A stretch of 64,000 nt of DNA from Eledone cirrhosa (GCA_964016885.1 OZ024756.1:31124001-31188000); one strand, 5' to 3'. Numbered from the stretch's first letter, positions 42,241-57,309 are shown. The notes: a model not told the origin generated them from the letters alone. Program-made: numbers and translations.

Positions 42241-42664
42241 GGTAGTTGTGATGGTATCCATTTAACGTAATTTTCAGGGAGAATCAGAAATATACGGTGT
42301 GTGACAGTAGTTCTGTCAATTACCGATATTTGCTACAGTTTATATTCAAAAGATGATATCGATATCAACAGCATCAACAACAAAAAATAACCATGTAAAA
42401 AATAAACGTCCTTTTTTTCCCCCAGTTTTTTTCACACCATAGTTAGAGAGTGATGCTGTTGTCGCTGTTGCTGTTGTTACATGAGGTTAACTAGTGATTG
42501 CCATGTTAGAATTCTCTGAATGGTGATGTTACTCTTCACCATTTACAATCTAAAATAAAATAAAATAGGATAAAATCTATGAAAGATTTACGGTCCGTCT
42601 AAAATTGGAGGACATGTAGTCTTTTGAGATTATTTGTCAGTGATGTGTAAATCTATCGATTATT

Positions 42665-42665
42665 T

Positions 42666-42756
<91 letters not shown>

Positions 42757-42811
42757 GGTGGTGGTAGTAGTAGTAGTGGTGGTAGTGGTGGTAGTAGTAG
42801 TAGTAGTAGTA

Positions 42812-42844
<33 letters not shown>

Positions 42845-42867
42845 GGAGTAGTAGTAGTAGCAACAGC

Positions 42868-42910
<43 letters not shown>

Positions 42911-42912
42911 AT
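42665..42912. repeat. (TAG)n/(TGG)n microsatellite
   Basis: Direct reading. Confidence 0.95.
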
Positions 42913-43614
42913 ACTGGAAGGAGGAGGAGGGAGTTGGGAGTATTGAGAGCAAAAGCAGTAGAATTGTACATACAATCCTTCTCTCATATATCAAGGTATC
43001 TCTCTATCTCTCCCTCTCTCTTTCTCGCTCTCTTTCTTTCTCTTTATTTCTCTATGTCTCTCTTTCTTTCTCTCTCTCTCGTTCTCTCTATCTCTCTCTT
43101 TCTCTCTCTCTCTCCCTCTCTCTCTCTTTCTCTCTCGTGCATATATATATATATATATATATGAGTATGTGTGTCTGTGTCTCTGAGTATGTGTGTGTCT
43201 GTGTGTCTGTATGACTGTGTGTTTATGTGTATCTATGTATGCCTGTGTGTGTGTGTGTGTATGTGTCTATTTGCGTGTCTGTGTGTGTGTATGTGTGTCT
43301 GTATGTCTGTATGTATATTTGTGTACGTAGTATGTGTCTCTGCGTGTGTCTGTGTGTGTCTCTGTGTGCATGTATATCTGTGTGTGTCTTTGTGTATGAA
43401 TATCTGTATATGGGTCTGTGTGCGCGCCTGCCTGTGTGTCTCTGTGTATCTGGGTATATCTGTATATCTATATATGTATCTGTATGTGTGTGTATGCATG
43501 AACACATCTGAAGTTTACTGTGAATGATCCCTATAGATTTCATTCTTTCGTATTTTAGTGTTTTTATTTTTGTTTTTGTTTTCACTTTTTTTTTTAGAGG
43601 GTTCGACGTGGTTA

Positions 43615-43685
<71 letters not shown>

Positions 43686-45068
43686 TTCTTTTTTCTTTAA
43701 TTCCTTTACTCTCCTAATGTTTCTGTTTTTCGTAGCTTTAATTCATCTTTCCGTCTTCGTATGACTACTCTACAAATATTTCATCGAATGCTATAGTCAA
43801 GTGTATTCCCTTGCAATTTTCCTCCATTTTTTTTCTTTTCCTTTTTAACAGCACTTTCAAATCATTGAAACGGATAGGGTCGTTTGTTTGTTTTGTTTCC
43901 TTTTTTAGCTAGCTATATCTTTATGTAATTCGTTATATTTTTTCTCACAAACGCTTTAGAGTTTTGGTTGCAGAAAAGAGAAGAAAAAAATAATTGTTGT
44001 CTATATTTTTCTACCAATACAGCCTAACCTGTTTTGTTATAGACATCAAATTGAGAAAATAATATTTCATACGCTACCCCTCCAAAGGTGGAAATCTATG
44101 GAGGTTATGTTGAGATAATCTTTATTATGAACTCAAAATGGCTGTTAAAAGTGTCTCACAGGCGATAACGATCGTTTGATGTAATGCTTTAAGTCAGTTT
44201 GACACTGGATAAACAGTTCAGATAAAGAGATGATTTCGGGAGGAACGTATGTATATGTATGTATAGATATGTATATATGTGTGTAGATATGTAGATGTAT
44301 GTATAGATATGCAGACTAAGTGCAGGTTTACACGTCATTAATCCACACTAGCTAGAAACACAACAATTCACCAATCCACCTCTCCATCAAACATCAAAAC
44401 ATACACACATACACACATATACAGTCATACACACACACATACACGCATATATAGTCATACACACATCATACAGTCATACACACACACACATACACGCATA
44501 TATAGAATCATACATACACACAAACACACATACACACATTTACAGAATCATACGTACATACAAATACACACACACACATAGACACATATATAGAAATATA
44601 CACAGTCATTTACAGAGTCATACATACTCACATACACACAAACATACACTCACACAAACACACAGACACAAATACACCCCTCACTTATATATACATACAC
44701 GCAAAATGATCCCCACACGAACACACATACTCACAAACACACAGACACAAACACACATGCTCACAAACACACATACTCACATATACACAGACACACAAAC
44801 ACACCCCTACACGTTGCTAAGTTTGTCTGTTGGCAGCTGGAATAGTAAATGAATCATTTACACAAACATATTTCCATTACATAAGAATTGAAAGAAAGGA
44901 AGTATTCATCTGATCAGATATTACCTGGGATAACATGCGGCCATTTAAAAACTCAACATCCTGTACCGCATGAACACACATTCTTCAAATGAAGAAAATT
45001 ACATAATGACTGGATCATATCAAAACTTAAAATATTTATTTTAATTATTGTTATAATTTGGTAGAGTC

Positions 45069-45484
45069 TAATCTAATCTGGCCGAGTTTACACTCGCAAA
45101 TAAGAAGAACCAGTGCCGCCCCAAGTAGCATTGGATTTGGTGTACTTCATATTTGTGACGTTTGCTGAATACAATCAGGGGTCGCTGCTTCTTCTGAAGG
45201 ACAATAGTTCTCTTCTAACTCGAGCTGGAGCGCCTTTCCATTGTCAATTTGCATTGATCATCTGCAAAGCTGCATTGTTCTCAGAACCACTACACCAGTC
45301 TTTCGATGCCTGCAGCTGGAACTACTGCCACACATTGATTTGGCAGGATCGCCACTCATTCTACAGCTGAGTAAACTGGAGCAGCATGAAATAAAGTGTC
45401 TTGATCAAGGAAACAACACATCACCCGGTCCGAGAATCGAACTGACAATTTCGATTGCAAGCCCAATGCTCTAATCCATCCGCC
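45069..45484 (-). mobile_element. Probably full-length SINE family B (~415 bp) with 11-bp TSD
   Basis: tRNA-like head at 45390-45484, (AGATT)n tail, flanking direct repeat TTGGTAGAGTC. Confidence 0.7.
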
Positions 45485-45544
45485 TTGGTAGAGTCATGCG
45501 GCCAATAAAATCACACGCACAAGTTGTTTTTCACATCAGTTTAT

Positions 45545-45735
45545 TAATAATTGTTTCTACTTTTGGCACAAGGCCAGCAATTATCCAGTACATTACTAGT
45601 ACTTTTATTTAATCGACCCCATAAGGATGAAAGGCAAAGTTAACCTCGACGGGATTTGAACTCAGATCGTAAAGGGGCGTAACTATGTTGGAAAGCATGT
45701 CCGACCCTATACCGATACTGCCAATTCACCGTCCT
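45545..45735 (-). mobile_element. SINE family A
   Basis: Family consensus. Confidence 0.88.
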
Positions 45736-46362
45736 TGAAGAAAATAACATAATGACAGCATCATAGCCAAACTTAAAATATTTATTTTAATTTTTTGTTA
45801 TAATTAGGTAGAGTCATCCAGCCATTAAAAACACACGTACAACATGTTTTTCAATTGAGTTTAATATTACTTAACTAATACATCCATTGATTAGTTTAGG
45901 AAAAGGAAGAGATAGTAATAAAGAAAGAGAATTCGCTATACAACAATTCTGTTCCCCCAAAAAATAGTTGCACAATAAAATGATTATTGAAATATTTTTA
46001 TTGCAGCTTAGAAAAATAACAATACATTGTGAAAGGTGAGCAGATTTTTCAGGAAAACTGCGCATATATATAAATGTATATAATATACATATATGTGTGT
46101 GTGTATGTGTGTGTGTGTGTGCTATGAGCTTAATTGTGTATATAGATAGATATATAAATATATATATATTTATACATATGTGTATGAGTCTGTGCGTGTG
46201 TTTCTTTGTGTGTGCATATATATATGCATATATATATATATATATATATATATAGATATAGATATATATATATATAGATATATATATACATATATATATA
46301 TACACATGTATATATATATGTACACACATATATATGTATACATATACATACATATATATATA

Positions 46363-46775
46363 TTGAAAATTAGAATTGGTGCTCTGAAATAGCTATATAT
46401 ATATGAATGTATATGTAGTGTATTTTGCAAAACACTGTATGCTTAATTAAAAGCATTTCGAAGACCTTACGCTATTGTTTTAGAGTAGTGACAGTCTCAC
46501 TTACTTTAAGTTTTCAGCAAACAGGGGAGATAAAGCTGACAGAGCTCTGCTTCGTACTGATTGGTACTTATCAAAGCCAAGTACTCCACCTGTTGGCTGA
46601 AAATCATGTATGTTTGATTCTTATAGAATTCTAGTAATAATCAGGAACTGATTATACAGAGCAGTTGCCGGTCAGGCAGAAATTGAAAATTAGAATTGGT
46701 ACTCTGAAATAGTGATATATATATATATGAATGTATATATAGTGTATTTTGCAATACACTGTATGCTTAATTAAA
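46363..46775 (-). mobile_element. Family H2 hammerhead element: 320-bp unit plus ~90-bp terminal direct repeat (retrozyme/pLTR-like)
   Basis: 46363-46452 repeats at 46683-46775; microsatellite on both flanks. Confidence 0.85.
46511..46603 (-). ncRNA. U3-A8 variant hammerhead (family H2), GAAG instead of GAAA
   Basis: Minus strand: GGCT-TTGATAA-GTAC/caatca/GTAC-GAAG-CAG/agct/CTG-TC-AGCT with the same outer helix as the 27474 copy. Confidence 0.75.
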
Positions 46776-46778
46776 TTT

Positions 46779-46826
<48 letters not shown>

Positions 46827-47209
46827 CCCAACATGACACAACTATAATTCTATACATACTAAGCACCAGAAATAAGCAATACTAAGCAGAAATGAAGGAC
46901 AAAAAAATATATATCAAGCAAGATTATAGAATAGGACTAATCAGAGAGAGATTACTTGAAAAAACCATTATCACAGAAACGTACCAGAAGACACAATATT
47001 CCTTTATTTCCAACTATTCTTTCACATAAAAAATCTATTTTATGTTTTGAAATTTACGAAAGATTATACTTTTTTTTGCTTCCGTATTTTGGAATTTTCG
47101 TTTAACTATACGTATGTATGTATATATGTGTTTGTGTGTATATATATGTATGTGTATATATATATGGATAGTCGAATATATATATACATACATACACACG
47201 CACACATAC

Positions 47210-47294
<85 letters not shown>

Positions 47295-47295
47295 C

Positions 47296-47334
<39 letters not shown>

Positions 47335-47405
47335 CAGATAGATATTGTGTTGTTCACTTTCTAATGTATATATATATATATACATTTATGTATGTATATT
47401 TCTAT

Positions 47406-47436
<31 letters not shown>

Positions 47437-47669
47437 CATTTATGTATGTATATTTATATATATATATGTGTGTGTGCGTGTGTGTGTGTGTGTGTGTGTA
47501 TGTGTAGGGAGGGTGAGGGTGAGAGGGGGAAAAGATACATAGATAAATAAATCCATAGATAGGTAGATTCCTATATATATATATATATATATACCAAGGC
47601 AGCCTCCTAATTTAATGGTCGCTTATATTATGGTACGTCAACATTATTTATAGAACTGTTTATATATTG

Positions 47670-47735
47670 TATTTTATCTGAAGAAGGCATGCCATATTTT
47701 TAATATGGTATCCCTGAAATATGTATAATGAAATA
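47670..47735 (+). ncRNA. Type I hammerhead ribozyme, family H1 (element ~47593-47778 in TA)
   Basis: TATTTTAT-CTGAAGA-aggcATGCCATATT..AATATGGTATccct-GAAA-TATGTA-TA-ATGAAATA. Confidence 0.8.
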
Positions 47736-47775
47736 AATATGGTTTTATAAATATAGTTTCCATTTGTTTAATATC

Positions 47776-47816
<41 letters not shown>

Positions 47817-48315
47817 CATATATTCACTCGCAGTGTACTTGTCAACGCGAAGCTATGGTACATATCTGTTGCCACACGATGCACGAGCACGGCACCTAAT
47901 TATTACGAATCCCACGCCGTATCCATTCGGCCATGTTTTGGCCACAGCATATGTTGTTGTCTCAACAGAAAATCTTACTAGACGAGATAAACTTTCGTAA
48001 TGGCTTCCTTTATCTAAGATCTATATTTATACGTAAAATCGATAAGCAAAATAATTTGATAATTATAGACAAGAACGTAGCAATGAATGAAACAGTAACA
48101 AAGACATCTTCTCTCTAACTGAGACAAAGCGACATCACAATGGGACATAATATTTGTTGTACTGTGTATGTCGTGTTGTGTGGTGTCTGTGTTATTGTGT
48201 GGTATGTTGACTTGTGTTTTCTTCCGTTGTATGGTGTGTGAAACGGACTCGTTGCTCGTCAATGAAATCAGCTTACATGTGAGCTGTAACAACAGCGTCC
48301 ATATATATATATATA

Positions 48316-48710
48316 GGTGAAGGGTTGGCAGTATCGGTAGAGAGTCGGACGCCATGCTTTCCAGGATGGTTACGTCCTTTTACGGTCTGAGTTCAAATCC
48401 CGCCGAGGTTACCTTTGCCTTTCATCTTTACGAGGTCGATAAAATAAAAGTACCAGTAATTACAGTACATTACTGGTACTTTTATTTAATTGCTGGCCTT
48501 GTGCCAAAAGTAGAAACAATTATTATATGTATGAAATAGTGTCGGACACCATGCTTTGCAACAGAGTTACGGCCCTTGCCATTCTGAGTTCAAATCCCGC
48601 CGAGGTTAACTTTGCCTTTCATCCTTTCGGGGTCGATAAAATAAAGTACCAGTAATGAATTGGGAAAATTGCTGGCCTTGAGCCAAAAGTAGAAACAATT
48701 ATTATTATTA
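48316..48710 (+). mobile_element. Two tandem SINE family A copies
   Basis: Family consensus at 48316-48525 and 48540-48710. Confidence 0.9.
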
Positions 48711-49180
48711 CTAGCAGAAAAACCACCCTTCGGGTGGTTTTCTGCTAGTATGTGTACTGCGTATATTGATATTATACGCAAGTATATATACATGTAGATA
48801 TGGTACATCAAATATAATCGTAATTGACAATATATAATACACAGAAATTGAACGAAGACTGCGTTACACTGGTTATGTAATCAGTAACGTAATCCATGAT
48901 ACATTTAAAAAAGACGATATTATATATAAACTGCATTAGGAGAAAATTAGTTTGCTTATTTAAGCGATCGCCACCGGAAGTGTTGAAATTTGAAAATTTT
49001 AAAGAAGTGAATCTTTAAATAAATAATAAAATATATTTAATGAACAACCACGAAATTTAGTAGATAAATTATGTAATATTCATTCATTATTTATTCAAAG
49101 TAATCCAACTTATTTTACTAATAGGAAAAAAATTATAAACCGTACGCAGTCCCGTGCTCATTACTTTATTATAGTTTAGA
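48711..49180 (-). mobile_element. Probable non-autonomous Helitron inserted in a SINE (ATT)n tail
   Basis: Minus strand starts TCTAAACTATAATAAAG and ends with hairpin CCACCC-GAA-GGGTGG, 8 nt, then CTAG; sits between A and T with no TSD. Confidence 0.6.
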
Positions 49181-49277
49181 TTATTATTCGAAGATATGAA
49201 GAATGTTGTAATATGTAAATATGTTTCATTCGTGTTTTAACAAAACAAAAAATATATTTTTTATTGGATATGTCTAG

Positions 49278-49531
49278 ACGATGATGATGGGTGGTGGGGA
49301 TGACGATGGTGGGGATGACGATGGTGGTGGTGATGATAATGATGATAATGGTGATGATGGTGATGATGATGGTGGTGATAACGATTGTGGTGATGATGAG
49401 AATGATGGTGATGATGATGGTGATGATGATGATGATGAGAATAAGAAAGAGGATGAGTAGGAGAAGGAGGAAGAGGAGGAAGAGAAGATAGAGGAAGGGG
49501 ATAGGTGGTGATGGTGATGATGATTTTGATA

Positions 49532-49576
<45 letters not shown>

Positions 49577-49822
49577 TTGAGGATGATTATGATGATATTG
49601 GTGATGGTGGTGATGGTGATGGTGGTGATGATGACGATGACGTTGATGATGATAATGATGATGATGTTGATGATGATGATGATGATGATGATGGTTGTGA
49701 TGCTGAGGATGATGATGATGATGATGATGATGATAATGGTGATGATGATGACGATGATGATGACAAAATTGATGATAATGATAATGATGATGATGATAAC
49801 GATGATGATGATGATGATGATG
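49278..49822. repeat. (GAT)n-rich microsatellite
   Basis: Direct reading; a similar tract lies at 54680-55110. Confidence 0.95.
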
Positions 49823-49857
49823 CTAATATTACAAATGCTAATATTATATCTAATATA

Positions 49858-50046
49858 GTAATTGTTTCTACTTTTGGCACAAGGCCAGCAATTACCCAGT
49901 GTATTACTGGTACTTTATTTTATCGACCCTGTAAGGATGAAAGGCAAAGTTAACCTCGACGGGATTTGAACTCAGACCATAAAGGGCCATAACTCTTTCT
50001 GGCAAAGCATGGCGTCCGACCCTCTACCGATACTGCCAATCTACCA
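49858..50046 (-). mobile_element. SINE family A with ~18-bp TSD
   Basis: TATATCTAATATAGTAAT on both sides. Confidence 0.92.
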
Positions 50047-50119
50047 TATATCTAATATAGTAATGCAGGATAATTTGTTGCTTTCAATTCACTTCAGTTG
50101 AAAATTTTACCACCATTTT

Positions 50120-50265
50120 ATCTCATTCAAACAAAATATTCAACAATTGGTTCTTCCTTTGCATGTTATCGTTCTAAATTCTTCTTCATTCCGTCAGGTT
50201 TAATTCCATCCACAGGAAATCTTCCTGAGATGTCTCTGAAACATTACATCTTTATCTCCATAAGT
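50120..50265 (-). mobile_element. Old, degenerate LINE RT C-terminal remnant
   Basis: MEIKM*CFRDISG..DGIK..IVEYFV*MR* resembles the RTE EMRCLRRI..DRI segment; multiple stops. Confidence 0.3.
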
Positions 50266-50834
50266 AATTTCTTTACTTCTAGTCGTCGGCAATCTTGAAA
50301 TAAAATTTATTATAGAATTTAAATTCCATTTATCTCCTTATCTTGCGAAACCTGAACGTATGTCTTGATGTGTATTCATAGTTAAGCTTAAAGAAATAAC
50401 CCTGAGAATGGTTTGAAATGATGTTTATGCGTAGGGTATTTAACACTTATCTCTTCAGATATTTAGTTACTAAGTTTAGGTTTAGTGTTGTTATTTAGTT
50501 ATTGATTTATTTATTTATTCGTCTTTACTTTTATTTTATTTTATTTCATTTTATTGTATATCATTTTATTTTTGTTTCTATTTTTCTACGATTTTGCTTA
50601 ATCTAATTGTAAAAGCTAGGTTCTCCACGTTGACGAAAATCAATTCGTGTAATTCTTCTTCTATATACTTCTGTAGATTTACGTATCTTTGCTATTATTG
50701 ATTTCTAATATAGTTTACATGGTTACAGCGTTTGATAGGAGTCATAGGTATCGACGATTAGATCGGATAGATTCAGTTACACAACTGCTACTTATTTTAT
50801 CGACACTGGAAGAATTAAAGACAAAGACATATAA

Positions 50835-51420
50835 AGTCGGTGAACTGGTAATGTCTGGTTAGAAAATTGATTGTGATTGGTTAGCAAACTGGAGTGTTTG
50901 GTTACCTAATGGCTGTTTGGTTAGCAAAATGTCCATTTTTAGTTAGTAAATTTGTTAGATTTTGGTTCGCAAATTGAAAAAGATAGGTGAGTAAATTTTG
51001 TAGAGTCTAGTTAGTAAATTGGTAGAGATTGGTTAGTAAATTTAGTAGAGTTTGGTAAGCAAATTGGTAGAAATTGGTTGATAAAGTTGTAATTCTTTGT
51101 GTTTGGTGGTGTTTGGCTGGAGATTGGGAGAAATTGGTTAGCAAATTGACAGCGATTGGTTAGTAAATTGGTAGATATTGGCTGGAAATTCAGTAAAGAT
51201 ATCTGGTTAGCAAATTGGTAGAGTTTGGTTAATACATTGGTAGAGTTTGGTTAGTAAATTGGTAGAGTTTGGTTAATAAATTGGTTGAGTTTGATTAATA
51301 CATTGGTTGAGATAAATTGGTAAAGATTGGTTATCAAACGAGTAGAGTTTGTTTAGTAAATTAATTGATTGGTTAGTAAATTGGTAGAAATTGATTAGTA
51401 AATTGACAGCGATTAGTAAG
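50835..51420. repeat. ~20-21-bp degenerate minisatellite (TTGGTTAGTAAATTGGTAGAG)n
   Basis: Direct reading. Confidence 0.9.
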
Positions 51421-51577
51421 TAAATGTGTCGTGTTTCGTTAGTATGCTAGCAGAATCTGGTCCTTGTTTGCGGAATTAGTAAAACGTCGGCTGAGATGCC
51501 TTGAGATATGTGTGGGCCATTCGCATTCTGAGTTCAAATCCCTGTTCATTATGCCATTACTTTTCAACTGCTTTTTA

Positions 51578-51772
51578 AGGGTGGTGGATTGGCAGTATCG
51601 GTAGAGGGTCGGCCACCATGCTTTGACGCAAAGAGTTAGGGCCCTTGCCATTCTGAGTTCAAATCCCGCCGAGGTTAACGTTGTCTTTCATCCTTACGAG
51701 ATCGATAAAATAAAGTACCAGTAATGCACTGGGTAATTGCTTGCCTTGTGCCAAAAGTAGAAACAATTATTT
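51578..51772 (+). mobile_element. SINE family A (full), preceded by a degenerate head at ~51470-51545
   Basis: Family consensus; TTTTCAACTG repeated on both flanks. Confidence 0.9.
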
Positions 51773-53086
51773 TTCAACTGTTTCATTCAGAAAGAGAAGA
51801 GCAATACTCATAATCCTTTTTAAAGTCTTCCATGATTGTTATTTATTTTATCAGCCACAAAAGAATAAAAAGCAAAGTAGAGCTTGTTGAAATTTTAAAT
51901 CATAATATAATAAGTGGTAACTAAATACTGCAAGACCTTTTCTTTTTTGAAGCTCTACCAATCCGATCAATCTAAAAAGTCATTTTATCTAAGCATTTAT
52001 TTATTTATTCACTTGTTTAATTGGCGAAGAGAGAGCAACACCCATGGCAGTTTTCATATCTTTTATGACTGATACATATTCTATCGACCCTGAAAATATG
52101 GCTGACAGATCCAATGACAGTCTCTGTGCGGTTTGATCTTATAACATATAGGGGTCTAAATACTGTAGTGCAAAGTTCTAATAGTATTCCTAATCTATAA
52201 TGTCCTTTTCTATTTTCACTTTACATATTCATGTATTAACTAATTGAGTCAGAAAAGGAAGAGCTCTTCTACCCAGACCTTTATTATCTACGCAAAAACA
52301 GGTACATTTTATTATCAAACTCTGAATGTTTGATGAAAAGGGCAAGGGGACCTCAGAGAGATTTTATCTCAGAACGTAAAAGAACGTAATTAAAAAGAGC
52401 ATCACGCCATTTAGTCTGTCCTTCTAATGATTCCGATAACCCACCATCACCCTCTTTATTTATTAAAGAGCGCATTTCTTGTAAAGAAACAACATTGATT
52501 TTGTGTTTGTTTAGTAGTTTGTTTGGTCAAACGGTTTTTACATTATATTTTTCTCTTGGATAAATACATATTCGTTTTCGTTTGTTTGTTTGCTTGTTTG
52601 AGTTTGTGTTATTTTATTTTCACGGTTTTATTCAGTTATCAAGTAGACACGATCCATATCAGTAAACATTAAGAGAAAATGATGAAAGAACCATAGAAAT
52701 TTATGACGTTACAGGCGAATAACAGTTTCCTCGCTTATATACTGGTTTCGCATTCCAAAATGAAGGGCGGTGATTTGTCAATCGTTTGTAAGTTACGTTA
52801 AATTACTGAGTTCCTTAGATCATGGCTTCCCGAGTTGACACGTTGGAAACCATTAAACATGTCCAACATGTTTCATTATTCATTATTGGTTATCAAATAG
52901 TGTAGAGAAACGCCTTCATGTTCCTTTTGTTTTCTTTGGTTTTCTTTTTCTTTTTCTTTTAATGCATAAATCTATGTTTGAAAGTAAATTGAAATATATC
53001 AAAGAGGTTAGGCACATATATATTTTCATAAATAGATACATACATACGGACATACATACATATTTATATCATACCCCTTACGAACG

Positions 53087-53361
<275 letters not shown>

Positions 53362-53364
53362 TAT

Positions 53365-53706
<342 letters not shown>

Positions 53707-54330
53707 CATTTCAAGTTATCAATAATGTAGAGATAATATATCGTCACATTAGAGATGAACAGCGTATGTGTAGGTTTGCTCAACGAGTATAAATTATATT
53801 CCTGAGAAAATGTAGAAAAGATGAATATAAAATGAAAGAGCTTTTATAAAGGAATTTATTAGGTATTGAAATATATTTCTGTAACAGACGGAATACTTAT
53901 GTATCGCTGCTTGCGTAATCATATAATATTAGCACGTAATCGATAGCAAATGTATAATCCGTTGTCACTTCTTCAGAGATATTGGATAAATTGGAAAAAA
54001 TCAGAAAAATCAAAATATTTATATTAGTTGTAAGAAAGGAAGAGGAGAGGGGATAGTATATGACAGATGTCAATTCAATTTGCTGGTAAACAAGTGTATA
54101 GAAGGTTTTTAATGAGAATACAGTGTGTATATGGCTTATTTTATCTAAATAAGAATTTTTGGGAGTGCTTATTTAATTTATATTTGACCAGTTGAACAAT
54201 GGACAGGGCTGGTGGTTTGGTGTAGTAGTATTAATACAGATATAAAGTGTCAAGTAAAGAAGAGAGATTTTCACTGTTACTGTATAACAACAATGCTGGT
54301 AGCCTGCTGGTATATGCTTTAGGGAATTGA

Positions 54331-54366
<36 letters not shown>

Positions 54367-54489
54367 AAGTGTACCCACGTGGACACACTTCGTTAAGCAC
54401 GGTTTGCTGATATTTACATATACAGAAGCGCGCTCACAGATGCACTTTTATACACACACACACACACACACACGCCTACATACACACAT

Positions 54490-54565
<76 letters not shown>

Positions 54566-54842
54566 GTGCACGTACCAAACGATTCTAGTGGATGGGAACT
54601 GCAGTAGAGGATGACCATGACAAAATGTTGACAAAGGCACGGAACCATGTAATCAGAGAAGAATGAACGTAAAGCAAGAATGATGTTGATGATGATGAGG
54701 AGGGGGGGGGACGATGGTGCTGATAATGTTGGTGATGCTGAGGGTGATGGCGATGATGATGATGGTGATAGGGTGGTGGTGGTGGTGATGGCGATGATGC
54801 AGATGGTGATGATGATGATGATATTGATGGTGTTTTTGATAG

Positions 54843-54888
<46 letters not shown>

Positions 54889-55061
54889 ATTGATGGTGTT
54901 TTTGATGGTGATAATGATGATGATGATGATGATGATGATGATATTGATGGCGTTTTTGATAGTGATGATGATGATGATATTGATGGCGTTTTTGATAGTG
55001 ATGATGATGATGATGATGATAATGATGATGATAATATTGATGGTGTTTTTGATAGTGATGG

Positions 55062-55108
<47 letters not shown>

Positions 55109-55554
55109 TCAGTTATATTATCGAATCATTATTATTGCTATTCGATATTCTCGTGAGTAATACACAACATCTGCGATATATAATAGAGACAGGAATGATA
55201 AATGATCTTTACTATTACTATTGCTGCTGTTGTTGCTGCTGTTGTTGCTGCTTCTGTTGCTGTTGCTGCAGCCGTCGTGGTTGCCGTTGTTATTGTCGTT
55301 GTTATTAAAACTGATAATAGAAAATTCGTAATGAGTATTAATTTTCTGTACATATGTCCTAAGATGACTATGTTAAAATTATTTATAACTGACGCAGGAA
55401 TTCGGATACAACTAATATATCTTATCGTATCGTATGAAATTGAGTGTCCTGTGTGACATTAATTTCTTATAATTTAGATATATCACAGATTGTGTTCTGA
55501 AAATAGACTCCGTGAATATTTATATTTCTATAATAGTAAACCCGTGCCGCCAGT

Positions 55555-55753
55555 AATAATTGTTTCTACTTTTGGCACAAGGCCAGCAATTATCCCAGTA
55601 CAATTATCCCAGTACAATTATCCCAGTACTTTATTTTATCGACCCGGTAATGATGGTAAAGTTAACGTCGACGGGATTTGAACTCAGATTGTAAAGGGAC
55701 GTAACTATGCTGGAAAGCATGGCATCCGACCCTCTACCGATACTACCAATCCA
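55555..55753 (-). mobile_element. SINE family A with internal 14-bp triplication
   Basis: Family consensus; CAATTATCCCAGTA three times. Confidence 0.88.
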
Positions 55754-57137
55754 AATAATGACAATATCATTGAATGAATTGTATTTAACTTTTGTATTCC
55801 AAGTTTGCCAGAAGATAGATAACATGTTTACCAGATATGTAAACAATCATACAAACTGGGAAATTTAATGGTTTTAATAAGAGAAAACTATAGTTATGTC
55901 GAAGTGATTAAAGAGAGATATATCTTAAGTGTTAAGAACATTTCAGGGGAGCTGGACAGCAGAAGCTCTTCATAGCCTCCTTCAGACGACTCTTTCTGTC
56001 CTTAACTTCTTTCACTCTAAGGAGGCCTGGCTGCATTCAATTCCTGATGTCTGGATGCCCTTCTGCTGACAACTAACCCTTCGGAAATCGGAGAATAGCT
56101 GTGTGTATAAACCGTATGGAGATTTTGTTGACAGGATCTTGCTGGAATTCCTCTCCGCTGTGTCTGCTTTCAAATATATGTGTAAATGCCATCTTGAATT
56201 GTAAAAATAAGGTTAGTAGTCATGGCAGCGGTGAGGCGTCAACAGTATCGCCGGGGTTGTCCCTTTCAATTGTTTTAAATTCTTTAATTGCTGAAGAACT
56301 TAAGCGCGCATTGAACTTTTCTAACCTTACTAAAATTAATAGTGGAATATCCCATTATAAACACTTACATATAGACTTGTGTTTATATATATATAGTGCG
56401 TCACACACTAGAGATGACTGGGGAAGGAAGGGGTGATGACAAATTACAGAAAACGGTATCTACCATTCACTACACTTCTGTGTACAATCTAAATACACAT
56501 ACGCACTCACATATACACACATACATCTTCGTGTTGAAACACATTCTAGTAGATTACAAACGGTAGATTAATTGCAGCGCACAGATGTCACTCAAAACTT
56601 TACTGATGAAAAATAATGAATGATATCAAATATTATATAAGACCTAAAATTTACAGCTCAGAGATGCCAAGCATATGCAGATATTTCTTTTGAAATTAAA
56701 AATATGAATACGGTATTTCGTTAATTTAGTAAGCATGAAGTTAGAATTATATAGATAACGCTAAGAAAAAAGAATGTTTAATATATTTTTTAAAATTATA
56801 TAGTTATCGCGAATATTTGAAGACATACACAAACAGCCATTGTGCAACCTGATTATAACAAGGATTAGCTTATCAATTAAGCTATAAGTCTTGTAAAAAA
56901 ATGTCAGTCAGAAATATATACAAATACCTTCTTCAATATAATATATAAATAGTTATTGTTCCGCTCGACATGATAGCAATCGACGAATATGACATGTTGG
57001 AAAAAATATGAGGTACGAATTTAAGCCAGACACCATTGAAATGAAGATCACGTTAAAGTATAATGCAAATATATTTTGTTAAATAATCAAATATTATTCT
57101 ATAGGAGACACTGACGTGTTTAGATGTGCCTAAATAC

Positions 57138-57168
<31 letters not shown>

Positions 57169-57309
57169 AAGAAGAAGAAGAAGAAGAAGAAGAAGAAGAA
57201 GAAGAAGAAGAAGAAGAAGAAGAAGAAGAAGAAAGAAGAAGAAGAAGAAGAAGAAGAAGAAGAAGAAGAAGAAGAAGAAGAAGAAGAAGAAGAAGAAGAA
57301 GAAGAAGAA
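57138..57309. repeat. (GAA)n microsatellite
   Basis: Direct reading. Confidence 0.97.

Noticed and set aside
48711-48750. Bacterial rho-independent terminator
   Set aside because: Eukaryotic context; better explained as a Helitron-type 3' hairpin
56602-56640. CTGATGA as a hammerhead core
   Set aside because: No stem II, GAAA or stem I in the right arrangement
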